From Phoronis australis (taxonomy: Eukaryota; Animalia; Phoronida), in assembly GCA_002633005.1 (NCBI GenBank), contig NMRA01000027.1:1421403-1481824 (forward strand): DNA of 60,422 nucleotides. Reading direction: 5' to 3'. The position numbers and the translations under genes were made by a program. Below, piece after piece: positions 25,996 through 38,369 of this stretch. The notes beneath the pieces were generated by a model, which saw nothing but the letters and a program-made list of their open reading frames with translations, was not told the origin of the DNA and did no database searches. Each line of letters opens with the position of its first letter. Position 1 is the first letter of the stretch.

Positions 25996-27182
25996 TTTTT
26001 TCTTTTCTTTTTTCTTTTGTTGCAGGTGAGACATGAAGTAGCATTAAAAACAATAAACGCACTTTCAGCTACACATACACACCTGTGTGCCTATGAGGAT
26101 AACAGCAAAAAGGGAAAAATCAGATAAGGAAATGAGCTATAAGGATCCAACTGTCCAAAAATTTCTTGTGATCACAATTTTTTCTTGAATATATATTTTT
26201 CTAAATCATGGAAATTAATAATTTCCATTTTGGCAACTTCCAAATTTGGTTGAAAGTTTTTCAGTCTTCTTTTGCGGTTTCCATAGACAAATTATTAAAT
26301 CACATATTTTGGTCCATCAAATTTCCCAAGAAAAAAGTTCAAAAGCACTTTCTGACAAATCCGTTTGCTAAACGACATCCAAAAATATTTTGTAATATCA
26401 CAAGACTAGTACAAATGGAGAAGATCCTATGATTCATTTTTACAGAAAGAGAAATCATTTGGTAAACCTCCAATCTTGTGAAGATAAATATTTGAACTTA
26501 TAACTCTATGAGTAATCCTGAACTGGAATCTCATTAAATTGTTGTGCTGGGTAAAATTAATCGAATAACCATTGACTTTCCTCCTCCACTCCTTAGTTGT
26601 GATGTTTAGGGCCTGCTCTCACTTAAATTCTGCTTTCTAATAGTTTTTGTCGAACTTTGTTATGAATCGATTATAGATTATTTTGTTTGAATAAGACATA
26701 CTGTCCAAGAAAATAGGAGAAACATGTGGGAGGGAAATCGTGAAAATAGAATTTCTCCTACCTTTCAAGTATTTACTTATGACCCTTATTAGACCCTGGA
26801 AATGGGTAAACGTTGGATAAGCGCCTACTTATTACAAAAACTTGATAAGACAAAAGTCGACCATCATCACCAATGAAATTATGTACATAAACATTCACTT
26901 TTCATACCACTGTCTATGGAAAATACAGTTATTGTCCATTCTGATGCCTGAATTATACCACAGCGGTTCATCGGATAGTTTTCAGTTTTAATTTTCTAGC
27001 AGGGCATTAATTCTCCAAAAATACTTCTTTCCAAAAGGCATCATTTGGATTTCTTGAACAAAAAGTATTAAAATAGTATTTACCAAAATGTAAGTAATCA
27101 CATCTCTAATACCTTTCTGTTGGTCCAAAATATGTTTTTAGAACTGGTTATTTGATGTTATAAACCTTCTGAACCATGCATG
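25996..27182 (-). mobile_element. L1/Tx1-clade LINE, 3' part of ORF2 plus A-rich tail, degenerate
   Basis: Minus-strand peptides AWFRRFI..AFWKEVF..EPLWYNSGIR..IFHRQWYEK..RFQFRITHRVISSNIYLHKIG..FCKNE..LLHL..C.ITKYFW (zf-RVT pattern). A-rich tail at 25996-26018. Confidence 0.8.
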
Positions 27183-28029
27183 ACGAAAGATGAATCATGT
27201 TACGGGCACCTTCAGGAAAATTTTGTGTCATTGTAGTTCGGCTTATTTCGTCAGTTTTACCATTTCATATAAGTCTACAGAGCATCCGTTCAATAGATTG
27301 AATTGTTTCAGAAGGCGATGGTAAAGTGAAAAATAAGTGCCCGAACTTGGGTACTATAAATGCTTTGACTACTGTAATTTTACCTAGAGAGTACTGTACA
27401 TGTAACTAAATGTCGCTTGGACCATGTTAACATGTGCGACTTTAGATTGTGTGTGACGACTTGGGAAAAATACCACCAGAATAACTAAGAAAGTCAGTCA
27501 ATAATTACCCCAGAATTCGTTTCAAAATTTGTGGCGACTTCTAAACTTAAAATCACTAAATGTTGTTCTAGATTCAATACCCTTGGTACACAATTGTTCC
27601 GGTTTTTTTCATAAAATCGGTGCATTTGCTGCCCTCAGCCGTCAGCACGCGCAGGAAGTAAAGACAGAAATCGGAATTGTTCGGCAAAAATCGGCAGGGT
27701 CTGAGCACGAAACGTGCCTCTAGTGTGTCCAATCGTCTGCGTTTATATTGATGATTTTAAAGTCAGTTTTGGCGACCTCAGATTACGTTTGGTGAACTTG
27801 GGATTTTCGCGATGTCGCATTTGGCGACTTGGCGTCAAGCTGCATGTAAGCGTCGAGCTCTCATTTTATTATAACAATTATTAAGTTGTTACAGTCAATA
27901 AATCATATTTCTACTTTGCAATGATGCTTTTTCAATTCATGAATTTATAACCGCATTTATGACAGTATATAAAATTCTTAAGATTATTAAATTCCCAACC
28001 AAGAATTTTATTTTCATTATCTAGAAACT

Positions 28030-28496
28030 CATCTCAAAGTAAGAGCCATGTTTTAAGTTCTTAAACCTGTTTGGCGCCATATGTGGGCTTACCTTAAATA
28101 ATCAACAATGCGAGGAAATGTATTTGGGCCGTCGTTCTGATGCACAAATTTTTTTATGATATTAATTGCCCATGAAAAACCATCAAGTGCTTGGGTATAT
28201 ATTTTGGTAGTTATGAACAAGATAGAAAAAAGCAAAATTTTGAAGAAAAAATGGTAAAACTCAAGCAAACCTTCTGTTTGGAAATCAAGAAAACTAACTA
28301 TAAAAGGTATAATAATTATAACTAAAACCTCGGGTTTATCAAAGCTCACCCATGGGATATCTTTCCTTGGACTGACAAATGACCTTGCTGAACAAATAAC
28401 CAGTATTATATATGGACAGGAAAACACCCAAATGTAAAGAAGGGGGTTACTGGTTCCTAGCTTAAATCCAATCAATTTTATCAAGTGTCTTAAATG
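28030..28496 (+). mobile_element. L1/Tx1-clade LINE RT C-terminal fragment, inverted relative to 25996-27182
   Basis: FGAICGLTLN..IKCLGIYF..NFEEKM..WKSRKLTIKGIIIITKTSGLSKL..IWTGKHP..NFIKCLK. Confidence 0.8.
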
Positions 28497-30187
28497 AAAA
28501 TATTACTTTGAGTAAAAGCGATCTGATTATATTGGTTCTCGCAATACTTCTCGACTAATTATGTCATAACTATAGTTCAATATTTTACTTATACTCGCAC
28601 TAAACAACTTGAATTAGCACTGAACATCTTTGCCTTTATACAATCTATTCCAATATCATCACCCCTGTTGTTGTAAAATTTAAAAAAGTAAGTAAACCGG
28701 ACTTACAGGAAATAGAAATTTGGGAGAGCCTGCATACCATGTTTTTGTTATGAATATGCGCACACCCAGCCTATATGGTGGGCTCGAGTTGAGAAAGTGG
28801 ATTTCGAGCCCCCTGAGCCCCCCCCCCTGGGTGCGCGCATGATTACTGTTTTCAATTGTTTCTGTAATAATTCATTTGTGCAACGTATATAAATTTAAGC
28901 AACGAAAAGTTTACCTTTAGTTGCTTGGGCGCACCCGGGAGAGGGGGACTCGGAACCAATTTGGCGAATTGGGCAAAAAAGTCCGCCTCAGTGAAACAAA
29001 AAGTCCGAGTAAACGAGATAAAAGTCCACAAATTTCACGAGAAGTCGGCGCGGATGCACGGTGCGTAGGCCTGAATGCCCCGTTTTTTTCAGTAAGTCCT
29101 CGTGGCTTTCAGCAAAAAGTCCGCATACCGCCAAATTCGAGCCCCCTATATTTTAGGCTGGGCGCGCGCATGCCTTGTAGAAGAACCCAATCCAGTACAT
29201 TAGTGTTGCTGACAGCGGCGTACAGTGCATTTGCCAGTGTCCCACTTTTTTAAATTTTTCCGTCCCGCCACACCACTGATCGATAAATGCCCCGGTTTTT
29301 GACACACAGCAAAGTTGACATGTAGGTTATAATCAATTCGCCGTCTGTAGCAGACTTGTCTACCCTTTCGAAAGTGCTGATACCTGATGTTTTCAGCACC
29401 TTCGAGCAATGGAGACAATTAAACAGCTTAAGAACGGCAGCCTCCTCAAATTTAGTTTGACATGATGGCTCGTAGCAAGCGGTACGTCTGTAGGCCTACT
29501 TAATTAGCTCACTGGTAATATGTTACATAAAGTTCAATAATTTTCCACGTGGCATAGCCATATTTTCCTGATCGACTAAAAAGTACGTTTCTTGGCTCTT
29601 GCAGCCCCCGTTATTTCCCATTCAACTGTAGGCCTATTAAAAAACAAGAAAAAACGTTATCGGGCATTTTTCCGACAGTGGTTGTTACATCTTCCCAGCG
29701 TTCTACAAAAGCGATGTCTGTACCTCGTCCTGTGTTGTAGCGAACATTTCACTCTTGCGTTTTGTAGGACTCTTTATCCTGAGGGTCCCGCTTCAATTTC
29801 CATTTTTTCATTCTTCAATGTCACAGACCGGTGACAACTTACGCAGAACTGAAACAGTAGAGTCCGCTTTCTTTAGTAACATATGACAATCGCAAAAATG
29901 TGCTCCAATGTCCCTTATTTACGGTGAATCATACACTTCAATACATGTACCAGGATCACTATTACTTTTTGAACAAGAGTTTATTTCTAAAAGTTTTTTA
30001 TGGAAAGTCCTACACTGCAACGGATTTGATGAGCTATCCGGCAAATCTTTGAAGTCACGACCGGGTATAGATGTTTGCCAATTTTTTATCATAAAACATT
30101 TATCTGCAAATTTTGGATGGATAATTGGAGTAGCTTAAAGCATTTTGGGAATGTCACTTTACCCTATGGATATCGTGCCACTGTTGG

Positions 30188-30377
30188 ATACGATACTCGA
30201 AATAAAAAATATACCAACATAGCACTCATAGTCGTAATTTTCCGGAAGCACTTTTCATAGTGTTGTTATTGCCGTTGCGCACTGACTGCACCAACGCGTG
30301 AATTCTACTAACTTGTGAGGGTTGTTTGTCGTGTTCTTAGGACCTCGTACTGAGTTATACATAACTCCCAGGTATTT
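30188..30377 (+). promoter_or_regulatory. Putative promoter / non-coding first exon of ZF1, donor CAG|GTATTT at 30371/30372
   Basis: Conserved with 38370-38822 upstream of paralog ZF2 (ATACGATACTCGAAAT, CATAGTGTT, TTGCGCA.TGACT, ACGCGTGAAT, ACTCCCAGGTAT). Confidence 0.45.
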
Positions 30378-30579
30378 AATCAAGCTTATCGGGACTTATT
30401 CCCACCACAGATTGAGAAATGCAGGAACCAATAATGTTAGCTCTCGACGCTATGACAATCGCCACTCCGCACATTTGCCCTAGCCAAAAATTCCTGCCAA
30501 TCATGAATAATGCATTGGCATTGCTCGGCTGCACTGCCCTGGTCTCATTTTCAAATTCAGCTAGATTCATATATTCGAT

Positions 30580-30768
30580 GGGCCCGGCCTGGCTTAAGTT
30601 CATTAATGACTTAAGTCTAAAATTTGTCTCAACTTGACTTCCAAAGTTTTAAACTTCCATATCTGGTAAGTTAGTCAAAAACTTGCCTCAAAGTCAAACG
30701 TAAACCACTTTCTTAGAACGGACTTGAAGACAACATGAAGTTTTATCTTAAATTCAGTGCTATATTAT
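30580..30768. mobile_element. Harbinger-like MITE fragment (relative at ~36790-36980)
   Basis: Both copies share TCTCAACTT..GTAAGTTAGTCAAA..GACTT.AGA..TGAAGTTTTATCTTAAA. Confidence 0.5.
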
Positions 30769-31046
30769 TGGGACATTGTAATTGGATAATCAGGATGTCT
30801 TGAATAAGAAATACAAAAAAAAAATTCCACCACAAAGTTTGATAAGTTGATTGTTGAAAATTTATCAGAAACATATCGTATCATACTTGTATATTGCCGT
30901 GCTCCAAAACTTTCTTCTGTGCAAAAATTTGTAAACGAAGTTGAAAATACTAGTCAATGAAATGCATCCAAGATCAATTCTGCATTATTTCATGATTCAC
31001 ACAACATGTTTACATATCATCAAGAGGGCTGTTGTGTTTGTTTCAA

Positions 31047-32601
31047 CAGTGGCACGATATAGGGTATAGTGAAAACGCGCATTTTAAAATGTGTCAATTA
31101 TTGAGGGTGAAATCGACACATTTCATTTCGCGACCAAAACCCGCGGAAACTTCCTAATCATGCCCAGAAAAACAAAAGTCCGCAAACCTCAAATCTGTCG
31201 CTGCTCCGCTCTGCCAAAGAGAACGTACCCGTGCGCCACCTGTCTTCAACTGGCCAGTATGGACGTGCGCCCCTTGTCTTCCACTGGCCAGGCTCCAACC
31301 CGACGGCTACCGTAATTCTGCACTCCGGCGCCCATAGTCATATACACATTTCTTTGTACTCGCAAAATTTTTCAACCCAACGTTTCTGAAAGCGACACAA
31401 ATGGCCAATAATCGACACATTTCTTGGGACTTAGAAAATTTTGCACATTTACACAGGGGACAAACCGGCCTGCAGCGCTCTGGCCTCGGCACCGCAGACC
31501 CCGCAAGCTGCCAGACTTGACACCGTGGACCGCCGTCTGGGGAGTTTTCACAGATAGCCGGAACACTACTAGGACTGTATCTCGCCGGCCTGACCATTGA
31601 CCCCCCTGTATGCTTACCTTTGTTAATTTTCAAAGCACCTTTGAGAAACCAATGGCCAATAATCGACACATTTTCTCGAAACTTAGAAAATTTCGCACAT
31701 TTACGCAGGGGACAGACCAGCAGCCGAGCTCCGGCCTTGGCACCGCAGACCCCTCAAGCTTCCGGACTTGACAATGTGGACCGCCGTCTATGGAGTTTTC
31801 ACAGATAGCCGGAACACTACTAGGACTGTATCTCGACCCCCCTGTATGCTTACCTTTGTTATATTTTCAAAGCACCTTTGAGAAAGCGACACAAATGGCC
31901 AATAATCGACACATTTCGTTGGACTTAGGAAATTTTTCAAAGCAACGTTTCTGAAACCGACACAAATGGTCAATAATCGACACATTTTCTCGGAACTTAG
32001 AAAATTTTGCACATTTACGCTGGGGACAGACCGGCCTGCAGCGTTCCGGCCTCGGCACCGCAGACCCCGCAAGCTGCTGGACTTGACTCGTGGACCGCCG
32101 TCTGGGGAGTTTTCACAGAGTACCCGGGACACGACTAGGGACTGTATCCCGGCCTGCGGATAGACCCCGCTGTATGCTTACCTTTGTTACATTTTCAAAG
32201 CACCTTTGAGAAAGCGACACAAATGGCCAATAATCGACACATTTCGTTGGACTTAGGAAATTTTTCAAAGCAACGTTTCTGAAACCGACACAAATGGCCC
32301 ATAATCGACACATTTTCTCGGAACTTATAAATTTCACACATTTACGCATGGGACAGACCAGCGTCCGCGCTCCGGCCTCGGCACCGCAGACCCCGCAAGC
32401 TGCCGGACTTGACACCGTGGACCGCCTTCTGGGGAGTTTTCACAGATACCTGGGACACGACTAGGGACTGTATCCCGGCCTGCCGATAGACCCCTCTCTA
32501 TGCTTACCCCGTGGACCGTCATCTGTGGAAACGTATCGGGCTCCAGCGGAGCGCGGCTGCTGGTCTGTCCCCTGCGTAAATGTGCGAAATTTTCTAAGTT
32601 T
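31047..32601. repeat. Transposon-like insertion containing a four-unit tandem array (~250-325-bp period, 31370-32510) and an inverted partial unit (32545-32601)
   Basis: GGCACCGCAGACCCC recurs near 31490, 31740, 32055 and 32380. The block starts CAGTGGCACGATAT and is absent from the paralogous ZF2 intron. Confidence 0.85.
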
Positions 32602-34144
32602 GCCAGGTATCTGTTGAGAAGTGTAAAATCTCAGCTCGCATATGTTAGAAATTCCAGGTCCCATGTTGCAACTTGATCCAAGCTGGCCAAAATCTCAGCT
32701 GGCATTTTCAAATTTCAGGTTGCAGATATGACCTGCAGATCATTGTGTCGAGCTCTGTTGCTTAGGGAGCCATATCTGAAATTTGTTGCCACTTTGTTTT
32801 CTGCTGTACATAAACTTTAGTCATGATAGCCTGTAATGATAAACAGTACCACCATCTTAACTGGCCCCAGTCTAGAAATTGGACTTCCAGGTTTTGGCTG
32901 GCACTGATTAAACCAACAAAGTCATGTGACTATGAACACCGTTTGCACATTAAGGGGATACCTTAGGCCATTGATGTCTTTATATCTCAGCTCAATGAAA
33001 TACTACCGCAGTCAACCTTTTTTATCAATAGTCCTTAGTTGCCCTGAGCAGCACCTGATCATTTTTACACTGCTCTCGCCAGGGTATATGATGTCTTGTT
33101 CCCAGGCGCGAGCAAGACTTGATGTATTGATATTACGCATGGCGTCAATACGTGACTGGGAATATGTGGACTAACTCCACTTTTATAATCAAATGGCGAC
33201 GACATCAATGTCAAACCCTGAATCAGTAATTTCTGGTATCGATTCTTAACTCAATGTTCATTTAAAGAAGACAAAACCATTGAAGGCAAATGGAACCATC
33301 TATACTTCAAATTCCACTGCTCACTCACCCTTTAAAAGCTGTCTCTGCTGAAGTTATTCCAAGGTGCATGCTCTAAATAACCTCGCATGTGGTGCAATAA
33401 GAACAGCATGTGTCCACAATGGATTGTTGCAGAAAAAAAAAAACTGGCGGGGAATGATTCGGGCTGTGAACTTCACTTTCAGATTACTAAGTAGTGCTCA
33501 GAAAGGTCCATTTATTTACTAGGACAACTAGAAAGTTTTAATTTTACCAAAAAAAAAAAATTCTGAAGCGGTTGCCTTCCTCTTTAGAAACGCCCCCTTC
33601 TCCTTGAGTTTGTGGTTACTGGTGGTTTAGCAATGCCATTATTCTGCTTTTCAGAATTAAATTGTATATTGATCATATACGTCAACTTTGTGTGCCATGA
33701 AATAAAGCACCATCTTTTGATCAATGTACTGTTGCTGATTTTTCAACCCACGATTTTTCTCCCTCCCCCCCTTGTTCTTCCCTCCCTCTCCTTGTTCTCT
33801 GCACTTTTTGGGGGTCAACACTTTTGGTTCCCTGCAGTTCCACCAGCCACACACAAATTTTCACTGCAGCAACAGAAGACTAGTAAAGTGGGTGCAAATT
33901 ACAACAATTTTTTTGCATATTTTTCTACTGTTCATCACAATTCAAGCATTGCTGCAATTTATAAAAAAATGCCACAGTATTTCTGGTGGCTGCAGTTTGT
34001 GCAAATTTGAACAGTTTCTAGCCCCATTACATTCATCAATGAACCAGATAGTTTGAAACCTTTTGTTTTTTGTTTTCCAGAAAGGGTATTAGTGGAGTTA
34101 ATTAAGCCGTTTCTTTTTCCTGTTTTCAGGTATTAACTCTTGCC

Positions 34145-35584
34145 ATGGCAGAGAAAAGCTGTTATGGGTCTACATTAAAACAAGAACATTATGTTGAATA
34201 TAGTTTGGATAGCCTTAATAAAAGTTGTAGCAGTGAAAGTGATGCTAACAATGTTGTCAGTGCAAGTGAACCGAGAGGAGAGGGACTTCGTATTAAACAT
34301 GAGGTAATTGAAGACCCCAATGATAACGAGGGGATTGGGTATCCTGTGGGAGGTAATTTATTTGTACCAACAAAGTTTGAATTGGAGTGTGCTGATGACT
34401 GCAAGTCAGAAAGTTATCCTGCAAATATGATGGAGTATGAGTCGCTGGCAAAAAAGACAAGTTCGTGTTTTGTGCATTCAAAACATTTTACAAGTGAGCA
34501 AGTGTACATCTCTGATGCTTGTGGATTGTCTTCTGAACAAAGGAGTCATCTTGTTGACAACAGTACAGCGCAAACTGGTAAAAAACCATACAATTGTACC
34601 TCCTGTGGAAAATCCTTTAGGCACTGGAGTACATTTGTAAATCACGCAGGTACACACGGTGGCGAGAGACCATATCATTGTACTTTGTGTGGAAAATTCT
34701 TCAAGTGCAGGACTGCATTTACAAATCATAGAAGAATACACACTGATGAGAGACCACACCAGTGTACAATGTGTGAAAAATCTTTTAAGCTCAAGTATGC
34801 GCTTACAATTCATACACGGAAACACACTGGTGAGAGACCATACAAGTGCACCACGTGTGGGAAGTCATTTACGGAGAACAGTATTCTTGTTACACACAAA
34901 AGAACCCACAGTAGTGAGAGGCCGTACCAGTGTGGGGTGTGTGAAAAATCCTTTAAACACAAGAATGCATTTGTAATTCATATAAGAATTCACACTGGTG
35001 AGAGGCCACACAAGTGTACTCTCTGTGATAAGGCATTTTCAGTTAAAGGTGTTCTTGCTGCACACAAAAGAACGCACACTGGTGAGAAACTACATCAGTG
35101 CACTGTATGTGGAAAGTTATTTTCAAAGCCTGGTACTCTCTCTAAGCACATGAGAATACATACTGAGGAGAGACCATACAAGTGCACTGCTTGTGGGGAA
35201 TCGTTTTCACAGCAGTGTAAGCTTTCTGAACACACAAGAACACATGCTGGTGCAAGGCCGTACAACTGTACTGTTTGTGGAAAGTCGTTTTTGAAGAAGG
35301 TAGGTCTTGTTGGGCACTTAAGAACACACACTGGGGAGAGACCATACAAGTGCAATGTATGTGGCAAGACATTTGCTCGGAATACTTACCTTACTAATCA
35401 TACAAGAACACACACTGGTGCGAAGCCACACAACTGTACTGTTTGTGGAAAGTCATTCTTGAGGAAGGCAGGTCTTATTGAGCACACCAGAATTCACACT
35501 GGGGAGAGACCCTACAAGTGTTCTGTGTGTGGAAGGACATTTGCTCGAAAAAGTAACTTTGCTAAACACGCAAGAACACACTAA
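34145..35584 (+). CDS. ZF1: C2H2 zinc-finger protein, 479 aa, 12 tandem fingers plus acidic N-terminal leader
   Basis: Twelve CxxC-x12-HxxxH units with TGE(R/K)P linkers. Acceptor TTTTCAG at 34129, GCCATGG start context. Confidence 0.95.
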   Translation: MAEKSCYGSTLKQEHYVEYSLDSLNKSCSSESDANNVVSASEPRGEGLRIKHEVIEDPNDNEGIGYPVGGNLFVPTKFELECADDCKSESYPANMMEYESLAKKTSSCFVHSKHFTSEQVYISDACGLSSEQRSHLVDNSTAQTGKKPYNCTSCGKSFRHWSTFVNHAGTHGGERPYHCTLCGKFFKCRTAFTNHRRIHTDERPHQCTMCEKSFKLKYALTIHTRKHTGERPYKCTTCGKSFTENSILVTHKRTHSSERPYQCGVCEKSFKHKNAFVIHIRIHTGERPHKCTLCDKAFSVKGVLAAHKRTHTGEKLHQCTVCGKLFSKPGTLSKHMRIHTEERPYKCTACGESFSQQCKLSEHTRTHAGARPYNCTVCGKSFLKKVGLVGHLRTHTGERPYKCNVCGKTFARNTYLTNHTRTHTGAKPHNCTVCGKSFLRKAGLIEHTRIHTGERPYKCSVCGRTFARKSNFAKHARTH

Positions 35585-35810
35585 TTGGAGGATACATGTG
35601 TTCTGTGTGTGGAATGTCTTTTAAAAGTGGAACTTGCATGCTAATTCCTTATTTTTGAGATTGCTTGGTGAAATTAATTAGAAACACAACACATAGCGAC
35701 GATGTGAATGTGAAGCAGGTTGAAATTGCCAAATGTTTTTAAGAAGAGTTTTGTGTCAAAAATGATCCTCCATAAATCACTCGACCATTCCCAGTAAGCG
35801 TGGTGACCTG

Positions 35811-36211
35811 GGCCCGGTCTCCAATCTTTTTACTCGAAATGGAACTCGAAATTAGGTTTGGCATTTTCAACTCTACTTTTGGGCGAACTCAAGATAAGTG
35901 TCCATTATTCTATGCTCGAGTACACAATAACTTACGTAGATAATTTATTGCCCTTAGTTCACAGTTTGTAAACCCAATATTAAAGCAACAAGTTCGAGTT
36001 TGAACTCGAAATTTCGAGTTTTTACTCAAGTTTGTAGCACGAATATAAGGGTCTTCAAGGGCAAACTTGAACTAGAAACTCCTATGCATAAACTATAATG
36101 TATTCGAGCACAGTCGGATAACCAATTATCTTAAGTTCGAACAAAACGAGCAGAGAAATTGCCAAAAATAGTTTCGAGTCCGTTGCGAGTACAAAGATTA
36201 GAGACCGGGCC
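35811..36211. mobile_element. PIF/Harbinger MITE, 401 bp
   Basis: TIRs GGCCCGGTCTCCAATCTTT / AAAGATTAGAGACCGGGCC, CTG duplication (35808-35810, 36212-36214), ACTCGAAA repeats. Confidence 0.85.
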
Positions 36212-38369
36212 CTGGTGTTGGGAATAATACTGCATGATGTGGGTAGGTCATTAGTGCAAAGGTCACATATTTGTAAATTTTCTTGTTTTCACATTTACAA
36301 GTTGTCAGTGAATACAACTGCATGTTGTTTAGTGCAGATGATGTTCAATTAGCGTTGTTTAGTTCCTTCTTTACTTCAGCATAGTTAGAAGCATATAAAT
36401 ATAGATCTTTAAATCAACCTAAGCTAGTCGCATGAAAATGCACAGTAAATGGGTTAGGAATGGCCAGGAGAAAATAGTACAAAACAAATTTTACAGAATT
36501 TGCCGTTTTAGATGAGAACCCAGTAATCTCAAAAATCGATCTGTTGGTTAAAACATATTGCATTCAGCTGTCTTGTTTAAGTCAATTCCAACGGTAATGA
36601 TGCCTTTCGCAACTTTATGCACGTGTTTAATGAATGGAAAGCTGATTACCGGACAATTTTCGTTGGAGTCAAACTGAGGCTCATGCAATTCTGATAGTGA
36701 TTTCAATGCTGAACGTCGAGGGGATAGGTGGAATGTTAATTTAATGCGCATAGGAAAGATGTACCACTCGAAAGCCTAGGACTACTGAGATACGTTCCAA
36801 GAATCCCATTTAAAGTTCAAAGTATTACATTTATCTCAACTTCCAGAATTTGAAACTTTCTTATCCTGTAAGTTAGTCAAACTTGAAACAAAGTTTAAAT
36901 CAAAAACTTAAGGTAAACTTAAGGTCATTTTCTTGGAATTGACTTAAGAAAGGTTGAAGTTTTATCTTAAAGTTCACTTAAATACGACATTTGTCTTAGT
37001 TATGTTGGAACATTATTGTAGTTGCAATTCATTTATTGGGCGTAGCTAGACATTTCTTTTTGAGATGCATAAACCATGCCGAAAACACTTATAGCAGTAC
37101 ATGCTGTGAGTTTTATTTCTTAAATGAAAGGACAATCTTCTTGCTTCGGTTCAAATTGTTAGGATGGTGGACTTTTCGATGATATTTCGAAAAAAGACGC
37201 CTCCATCCTGTACCATTTTTCGGGAGCCCTCTTATAAGGAGCTAAACAGTGAGCGAGGCAATGGTTTATTGTTAAGAAATTCAATATGAAGAAATACACA
37301 TCTCATGTTATATGCTTCCAAGTTTTATCTTCCTGAGATTTATCTTGTCAAAACACAGTTGATAAATATCAGATATACTTCAGCTGCAGTATGACAATAC
37401 GTCTCCACTCATTGATAATGGCTGGCAACTTTGGAATCTCGTATAACAACCCTATTTCCAACTTTTATTGCTCACTGGTCGATTTTAAGGCAAACAGGCT
37501 GCTTTTTGAAAGCGGTGTCGATACTGTTTACTTGTGCTCTAGACATTTTCGCAATTAAAGCGACGGTGTAGTCTGCTCCGAAAAACGTTCAAGGTTAGTC
37601 AGTGACTTAGAAACTGTAATATTTATATTGTAGCCTCCTCTGACTTTGGTGTGTACAAACCTGGTATGTAGGCTGAAGCTCCACAACAAGCGACCTACTT
37701 GATGATTTTGTAAAGCGATTCGAATCCGAAGCACAAAAAACTTAGAAAGTATTACTTAATTGCAGTTAGTAATAGAATTTGCTGCTGTAGCATTTTTGTT
37801 GTTTTTCTACTAGGTACTTAACCTTCTTTGTAGAGGTGTTGGTGCCCGCACACCAGTTCAGAAAACCCATTTTGAAAAAAGTTGTCTCTTAAATTTCCAA
37901 TTTTTTTATTTCAAATCCATAAAGTTGCGTTAATCTCCACAGAGGTCTTTTTGTCACAAACTGAACAGACACAAATACCAGAATTAAAGCTGACTTTGCT
38001 TAGATCCGGCTTTCACACGATGTCTCCACAGGAATAAGCGTGAGACACAACAATGAAATATTTTAAACGGTTGTGAACCCGCTTTTGGTCACCGACGAGT
38101 TGGATCAGGGAGAAAGAGAGTGTGTGTGTGAGGGAGGCCGGAGGGAGAGAGACGTTTATTTGAATAAATCGTGGGGTTAAAATATTACAGAAAAATTAGT
38201 CGACAGGAGATTCCTGAAAGGTTTCACTTACTGGTGGCTGTACCTGGGAAAACGCAGGGCAGAGTGCGATTGCCCTGTGAAATGATCGTAAGCGAGTGTT
38301 TGTATCCGACATTTTTACCTTACTACCAAGCTGTTGTGTGATTTGAGGCAAAATTCCGATAGAATACTA

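Noticed and set aside
31370-32510. Tandem array as CRISPR or as a protein-coding repeat
   Set aside because: Units are long with no unique spacers and no cas genes, and the context is eukaryotic. The ORFs are short and differ between units.
34189-35372. Antisense and alternative-frame ORFs over ZF1 (likewise over ZF3, ZF4, the GPCR and RTE)
   Set aside because: Shadow ORFs caused by codon periodicity of the real frame.
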